Shown here: one piece after another, positions 57,189 to 64,000 of the stretch
How positions within the stretch are numbered: the first letter of the stretch is position 1
Layout: each line of letters opens with the position of its first letter
Origin: the human T2T-CHM13v2.0 reference genome, Homo sapiens
Assembly (NCBI RefSeq): GCF_009914755.1
Contig: NC_060937.1
Length of the DNA stretch: 64,000 bases
Strand: one strand, 5' to 3'
Translations under genes and position numbers: made by a program
Notes under the pieces: model-generated
The model's input: the letters and a program-made list of their open reading frames with translations, nothing else
What the model was told of the DNA's origin: nothing
Database searches by the model: none

Positions 57189-57571
57189 GTAACACGTTTT
57201 AACTTTGCAAAAAATGTTTTGGCATTAATGGGCTCAAAAAGTGAAAGGAAATGTGTAATGGAAAATCAAATACTTTGTTCATGAGAATGTTAATGACAAA
57301 CCTATAAATCCCAAAATGTTTATCAACACTTACCATGGGGGCTATATGACATCACTCACCACATGAAAAATAGAAAACACGAATCTGCTAAACTATTAGT
57401 ATCTACTCTCATTCGAGAGTACATTTGAGATACATACTGTGCATGAACATGAGGACTTGACACGTGCAGACAAGGAAAGTATCCTGTGAAGCATGGCTTT
57501 TCATTTGGATCAAATGACTGCCTCTCTAAATCTGCACTCTGTGTCTGTTGTACACATACAAAAAGTGAAGC

Positions 57572-58145
57572 TGATGGGGTTCAGGGCATGCTGCTCCAAA
57601 ATATGGTTCCTTGGCGTATTGAATATTTTAAACGGAAGAAATTTGAGGAAAACAGCAGAAGCGGGAAAGTGTCTCTGACTTTCCCCCAGCCTCCTTCCCT
57701 GATGCAGTTCATAAAACCTAGGAAAGATTTTCTGACCTTCCCCTGAAAGAGGTCATAGACTCTCATGTAAGATGTGCCCTCTCTATGCCAGGAAGAAAGG
57801 AACATCCTTATCCCTGAAAACAAAAGGTCACAGAAGGGAAACTGAACAAACTGGCCTTGCTGAGTTTCTCCAGTTTATAATCATCATGTCATACTTTTCA
57901 CCCTATTATATTTCTCTATGACTCTCCTCTCTTCATCAAACCCAGCATAAAAATACACAGGTTTAAAAAATACACAGGTTTAACTGTTTCTTCAGGTATT
58001 TATTTCCTTATGAAAGCTCCCATTTCATGTAAAATGCATGTTAAATAAACATGTAAGCTTTTCTCTGGTTCATCTGTCTTTTGTTATAGGGGCCTCAGCC
58101 ATGAACCTAAGATGGAGAGAGGAAAAGCTGGTCTCCTCCCCTACA
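57572..58145 (+). mobile_element. ERV1 solo LTR (LTR54/MER93-like) with 4-bp TSD AAGC
   Basis: tgatggggttcagggcatgctgctccaaaatatgg...aataaa...cccctaca; aagc at 57568-57571 and 58146-58149. Confidence 0.8.
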
Positions 58146-59499
58146 AAGCGATAGATGGTAAGGTGCTGGATCCAATGGCAGAAAAAAAAGTTTCAAACAA
58201 TTAAATGATGCCACTTTTATAGAAATGGAGTCAGATGCTTCATATTGGAAAACAGTTATTTTCAACAATGATTCCTTTTATTTTCATCCAATTCATGGTA
58301 TCAAAGTAAAACATTTGGAATTTTATTTTGCTGACGGTAAAAACATCTGATATTACTAGAGTGAGATGTCATTGTAAATCCAGTTAAATGAATCAGTGCT
58401 ATCATAAATTGTTTTTAAAAGTTCAAACTAAAGTTATCTTTGTGTCATAATTAAGTACAAATTTTGGCATAGCACAGTGTCATTGTAAAAGCATGTTTTT
58501 TCTAAAGAATTATGGAGCAGAAATGTACTGGGAATTAGATGTGCAACATGATTCATACTTGTACTCAAACAAGTAGTGATAATCTACCAATCAAAATAGT
58601 AGCAGTCACGAAGAATTTATAAATATGATATATATGTATACACTTAAAATATCTAAACTATAGTTTTTGCAAAAATATGATTTTAAATACAAGGCAGTAT
58701 CATGTGTTTTTCTCTCTTTGCTGTCTGCCATAAGGAGAATTTTAGAAATATTTGAGCATTGAAGAAATAATTTGTATATCAATCTAAGTATCTTTTTGTT
58801 GAATTCTTTTTAAAAATTAGCTCTCTAAATCTGGGCTGAATTTGTCCAAATCAGTTAGAAATCTTTGATCAGCACTTTCAATGAATAGAGTTTCAAAAAA
58901 CTTTAGCTTTCCACATGTTTAGACAATTGGAATTATTAGTAACAAGTCTTAAAAACAAGAAGACACCAAAGTGTATCCCCACCAAAGCATGAAGAAACTA
59001 AACAAATTAAGTACGTTAAAAAGAGTATATTCTCAATCCTGATATGGTCTACAGAGAAGGTTCATTTCAAATTTATTAGTCATTAAATGCAAATTTGAAG
59101 AAAATATTGGGACAATTTTATTTAAAATTTTAACATAGCAAGACCATATAAGGAAAAGAAAACATTCTTTAGAAAAATAGAATGACATGGTATTTGAGAC
59201 AAATGTGTTTTCAAAAAATGACTAAAGGGGTAATTATTCTGATTATATTATTGTAAAATTTCTACTTTTTATATATGTAAAGAAGTTTTAAAAGTTTTCT
59301 TTGGTGTACACAGATATATGTTATTCTACTTTCTAGAAAAAATATTTTTGAAATAGTGTTTCAAAATAATTATTTGGCAGATCCATCAAAAAATAAAAAT
59401 GTATTTGTCAGTTAGTAAATTTTTGAAAAAAGATACCAGGATTTTTAGCACTTCATTTCACTCTTAAAAGTGTCCTGATTTGAAAGATGAATTCTATGG

Positions 59500-60425
59500 T
59501 ATCAGCTTAAAAATCACAAATTTAGAAAGGAGACTTTGTTTGCTATAAAGACTCGCAGCCTACAATGTGGCCATTCTGACAGGCTGAGAAGTGTAGCTTC
59601 TGTGAGAAGCCTCTGTCAGCGGGTACTTCGAGGGAGGGAAGGATGAGACATACGTTTTGTTGAACAGGTTGGCCAAATATATGTATATATTCAACAGGTT
59701 ACGGGAGGAGCTATGCAGTCTTTCGTCCAGATATTCATGAAGGGGGAACATGGCATGCATACTGAATAAACATGCATGTTACATGCATCTCATGCTTCCC
59801 TTAGGTGGAGACTTAACATTGAAATATATTACAAGTAAGCCCTATATGTCAAAAGGTGAAGCAGGGAAAGGAAGGCACTCAAATGCACAGCATCTGTAAC
59901 TCGGCTGGAACTAGTCGATCTGTGGGTGGTCTCTTAGCAGGAGAAAAATACTGAAACCAGTCTTTTATTCAATCAAAGCTGTAGTTCTGGCTTGTGGAGC
60001 AGGGGGCCTCAGTTAGTCAGCTCTGCTGGTGGATGAGCTGCAATTGTTTAATATTGCTTATCTCAAGGCCAGCGCGTGTTTAGCTGCTAGAGAAAAAGAA
60101 AAACCTTGTGGCAGTTGGAACACAGTTTCTTCTTTAACTGTAGGAGTCCATGACTTAACATGGCCTTCGGTCCTGTTTATAATGTGGTATCTCATTGTGA
60201 ACAAAGAGTCTGTTCTGACAGTCTCGTGATCTCTATTTCAACATTAATGCTGGTCAGATGTTGTGTCTAAACCACAAAAGGGAGGGAAGATAAAGAGGTG
60301 CATCTGACCTCTCGTCCTGTGATGGCCAGAAACTCAGTTTTTAAAAGGTTTCTCTGGGGTCCTCTTGGCCAAGAGGCAGCCTGTTCAGTTGACTGGGGAG
60401 CTAAGGACTTTAGTTTCAGTTCTCA
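59500..60425 (-). mobile_element. ERV1 MER4-group solo LTR (MER49-like, 926 bp)
   Basis: Minus strand starts TGAGAACTGAAAC...CCCCAGTCAACTGAACAG...TCTTGGCCAAGAGGACCCCAGAGAAACC; degenerate 4-bp TSD atgg/ataa. Confidence 0.75.
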
Positions 60426-60569
60426 ATAATCATCCTAGTTACACAGTCATCAGACTCACCACACCCCAAAGAAAATGAATGTTCTGTGGTTCCCCTTTCT
60501 AGGGTCTCATAGGATCAAAGTTTCCCCAGGTTGAAAGGGCTCTCAAAGAAAAGGTATGTTAATTCTCTT

Positions 60570-60730
60570 GAAGTTTTCAAATTTCAGTGTACCTAGGGAT
60601 TTCCTTGAGAGCCTGTTATGCAAATTCCTGGTCCCTGGTAACAAGATTTGTGATGTAAGTCAAGGATGGGGCCCAGGAGTCTGTATTTTTTCCAAGACCT
60701 CACCCTCTCCCCAAGGGATTTCTTTAGAGA
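60570..60730. mobile_element. MER5-like fragment
   Basis: atgcaaattcctggtccc...ggatggggcccaggagtctgtattttt. Confidence 0.55.
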
Positions 60731-61269
60731 TGTACCTGGTCAATTCTGAAATCAACTTCTAAAAGCTTTTCTTGGCATAGAGTAGAAATCTATATCCCTA
60801 AAGTACCACCCACTAGTTCTAACAATCACATAGAAAAAAAAGAATGGATTTCTCTTCCTATGATAGACCTTTAAGTATGGGAGATGCCTGTCATCATTTC
60901 CAGAGTTCTATTTTATTCAGCCTAACTACTTCGGTCTCTTCTCCAACTCTTCTTCAATACACAACACACACACACACAAACTCCTACAAGGTTACCGAGA
61001 ATAAAACGTATGCCAACAAGTACAGATTAGGGTGCTATGACTCAGGAACAATGTGTGTGAAAAAGTTTAAAGATTTTAGCTGATAGTAAACTCAATATGT
61101 GTCAACAGTATGAATCATTACAAGAGAGTAGGAGAAAGGAGCAGGAGAAGAGAGAAAAAGGAAGAACAAGAAAAAAAATCTCTGCCTCTGGTTGTTGATG
61201 GTATCAAATGAGATGCTGATTATGCAGACTTCCCCTAATGTACTCTGCTGTCATGTATATTTCTTTGAT

Positions 61270-61652
61270 CAAATATCTTCCACTTCCTAGAATACCAGCT
61301 CCACTCCTCCCCTAAAGCAATGAGCTATTTTCAAAACCATTCATCTTTCAAGATTCAGCTCAAACATCAAGTCCTCAACTGCCCCAGGATAACTTACCTC
61401 TCTCTCCTTTAAACTCCCACTGTTCTTTACACAGCTCATCACACTCGATTGTTTACACATGGCTTACTGCACTTACCACCCCCCCCCCCCGCCCCGCCTT
61501 CTAATGTGCTGCCTGCATGATTTCCTTAGATATTATTCTTACTGTTCAGTGTCTATCTGTCCTAGAATATGAGCTCATGAGGGCAGCTTCTGTCTTATTT
61601 AATGCTATATCTCTGGTGCCTGGAAGAGTGCCTGGCACATAGTGAGCACTCC
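61270..61652 (+). mobile_element. L2 3' end
   Basis: catctttcaagattcagctcaaacatc...tagaatatgagctcatgagggcag...agtgcctggcacatagtgagcactc. Confidence 0.7.
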
Positions 61653-62471
61653 TGGGAAAATATAATTAAAAACGAAATGTCCTCCTAACCCAGAAAAGCT
61701 TTCTACAAAGGTAAAAGGAAAACTATTTTATTATTAAATAAGCATTAAACCAGAAAGTGATGCACATTACAGGCAATCTGCTAAAGAAATGGCAAAGACC
61801 AGAAAGAACTCTCACTCTTTTATAGCTAAGGGGATACAACCCATTACCATTAGTTAGGCTTTGCAATTTGGAGTCAGACAACAACTGAAGTTACACCCCT
61901 CTCCTCTTAGGAAACCGGAAGCTAAAGCCTTAGCTTCCTTGATGATTACATCAAGGAAGAGAGGACGTCCAGGTCCTTGAAGAAACACTCCAGATTGTGA
62001 GGTAGCCCAGAGGCTTATTTAGCCACTAAAAAGATTCACATACATAGAAAAGGACAGGGAAAACTTTTTTTTTTTTTTTTTTTGAGACAGTCTCGCTCTG
62101 CCGCCCAGGCTGGAGGTGCAGTGGTGCAATCGCCGGCTCACTGTAAGTTCCGCCTCCTGGGTTCACGCCATTCTCCTGCCTCAGCCTCCCCAGTAGCTGG
62201 GACTACAGGCGCCCACCACCACTCCCAGCTAATTTTTTTTATTTTTTAGTAGAGATGGGGTTTCACCATGTTAGCCAGGATGGTCTCGATCTCCTGACCT
62301 CGTGATCCGCCGGCCTTGGCCTCCCAAAGTGCTGGGATTACAGGCGTGAGCCACCGCGCCCGGCCAGGGAAAACATTCTGAAAGAGAAAAAAGGAGTGGA
62401 GAAATTTCTTCCCTTATTTTCGACAGGAAGATTTAAGCTCCTCATCTTACATTTTTACTTGCTCTTTCTGC
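61653..62471 (-). mobile_element. ERV1 solo LTR (MER67-like), interrupted by AluY
   Basis: tgggaaaatataattaaaaacgaaatgtcctcctaacccagaaaa...ttcccttattttcgacagga. Confidence 0.6.
62065..62365 (-). mobile_element. AluY with TSD AGGGAAAAC
   Basis: gttcacgccattctcc, gatctcctgacctcgtgatccg; TSD at 62056-62064 and 62366-62374. Confidence 0.96.
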
Positions 62472-62609
62472 ACTTAATCACCACATGTTGAAAAAGTAAA
62501 AACTAAAAGATGGTTTTCCCTGTAATTAACTATAAACACCTAAGGGCAAGAGCTATGTGTTATTTTCCTACACAACACCAATATAGTGTGCACTCAACAA
62601 ATGTTTGTG

Positions 62610-62702
62610 GAAAGAGGAAGGAAGGAAGGAAAAGAAAGAGAAACAGGAAAGAGAGAAGGAGAAAGAGAGGAAGGAAGGAAGGAAAAAAAGAAAAGGAGAA
62701 AG
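62610..62702. repeat. GA-rich low-complexity tract
   Basis: ggaaggaaggaagg...aaagaaaaggagaa. Confidence 0.8.
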
Positions 62703-62945
62703 ATGATTTTGACAACTGTAAAACAATCTCCACATTAAGGACTAAGCATTAAGGGAAGAGAATCAAATAACAGACAGATAAGCTGGGCCTATCATAATAG
62801 TTATTGACTCTTCATAAACCATCTCTACATGTACATTTAGTTATGCATTGGGTAATGGTTAAAATAGATACCTAGGGTGCTTTCCAAAACTGGATTCTAC
62901 AGTTCCTAGGTCACGGACTTGGCTTGTCTCCAGTTGGCCTGCTTT

Positions 62946-63990
<1,045 letters not shown>

Positions 63991-64000
63991 CTTTTCTCTC

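Larger units (their letters stand above)
51822..60437 (+). mobile_element. hAT-Blackjack DNA transposon fossil in pieces (51822-52031, 57194-57571, 58150-59499, 60430-60437)
   Basis: Transposase remnants HGG/DITHHMKNRKH, VKHGFSFGSNDCLSK, CTHTKSEA-IDGKVLDP and ESDAS; subterminal tttcactcttaaaagtgtcctgatttg matches the MER94/Blackjack end. Confidence 0.7.

Noticed and set aside
61479-61498. C12 run as a regulatory G-quadruplex
   Set aside because: An isolated homopolymer expansion within an L2 remnant with no supporting context.

Overview
Primate (human-like) genomic DNA: AT-rich, CpG-poor, intergenic or intronic, and made mostly of transposable-element fossils. I recognise no cellular protein-coding exon, intact RNA gene or CRISPR array. 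Main contents: (1) a 5.16-kb minus-strand HERV-H provirus (52032-57188) with two LTR7, a His-tRNA PBS, a GTAAC TSD and an ESRG-like leader ORF; (2) an ancient hAT-Blackjack transposon fossil that hosts this provirus plus two further ERV1 solo LTRs; (3) a full THE1 MaLR element (about 1760-4037) and two THE1B solo LTRs; (4) a 5'-truncated L1PA3 splitting an MLT1A LTR; (5) 15 Alu/FLAM pieces and many MIR, L2, old L1, MLT and MER fragments; (6) a tailless 5S rRNA retropseudogene with a TSD and a probable RTE-clade LINE fossil. Subfamily names come from remembered consensus sequences, and boundaries of old repeats are approximate; RepeatMasker/Dfam should confirm them. The most interesting candidate is the LTR7 transcription unit. 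It carries an ATG-initiated 168-codon ESRG-like ORF overlapped by a uORF stop (ATGA), and the essential Sp1/KLF box is altered in the 5' LTR only. I see no clearly new biological system beyond these hypotheses.
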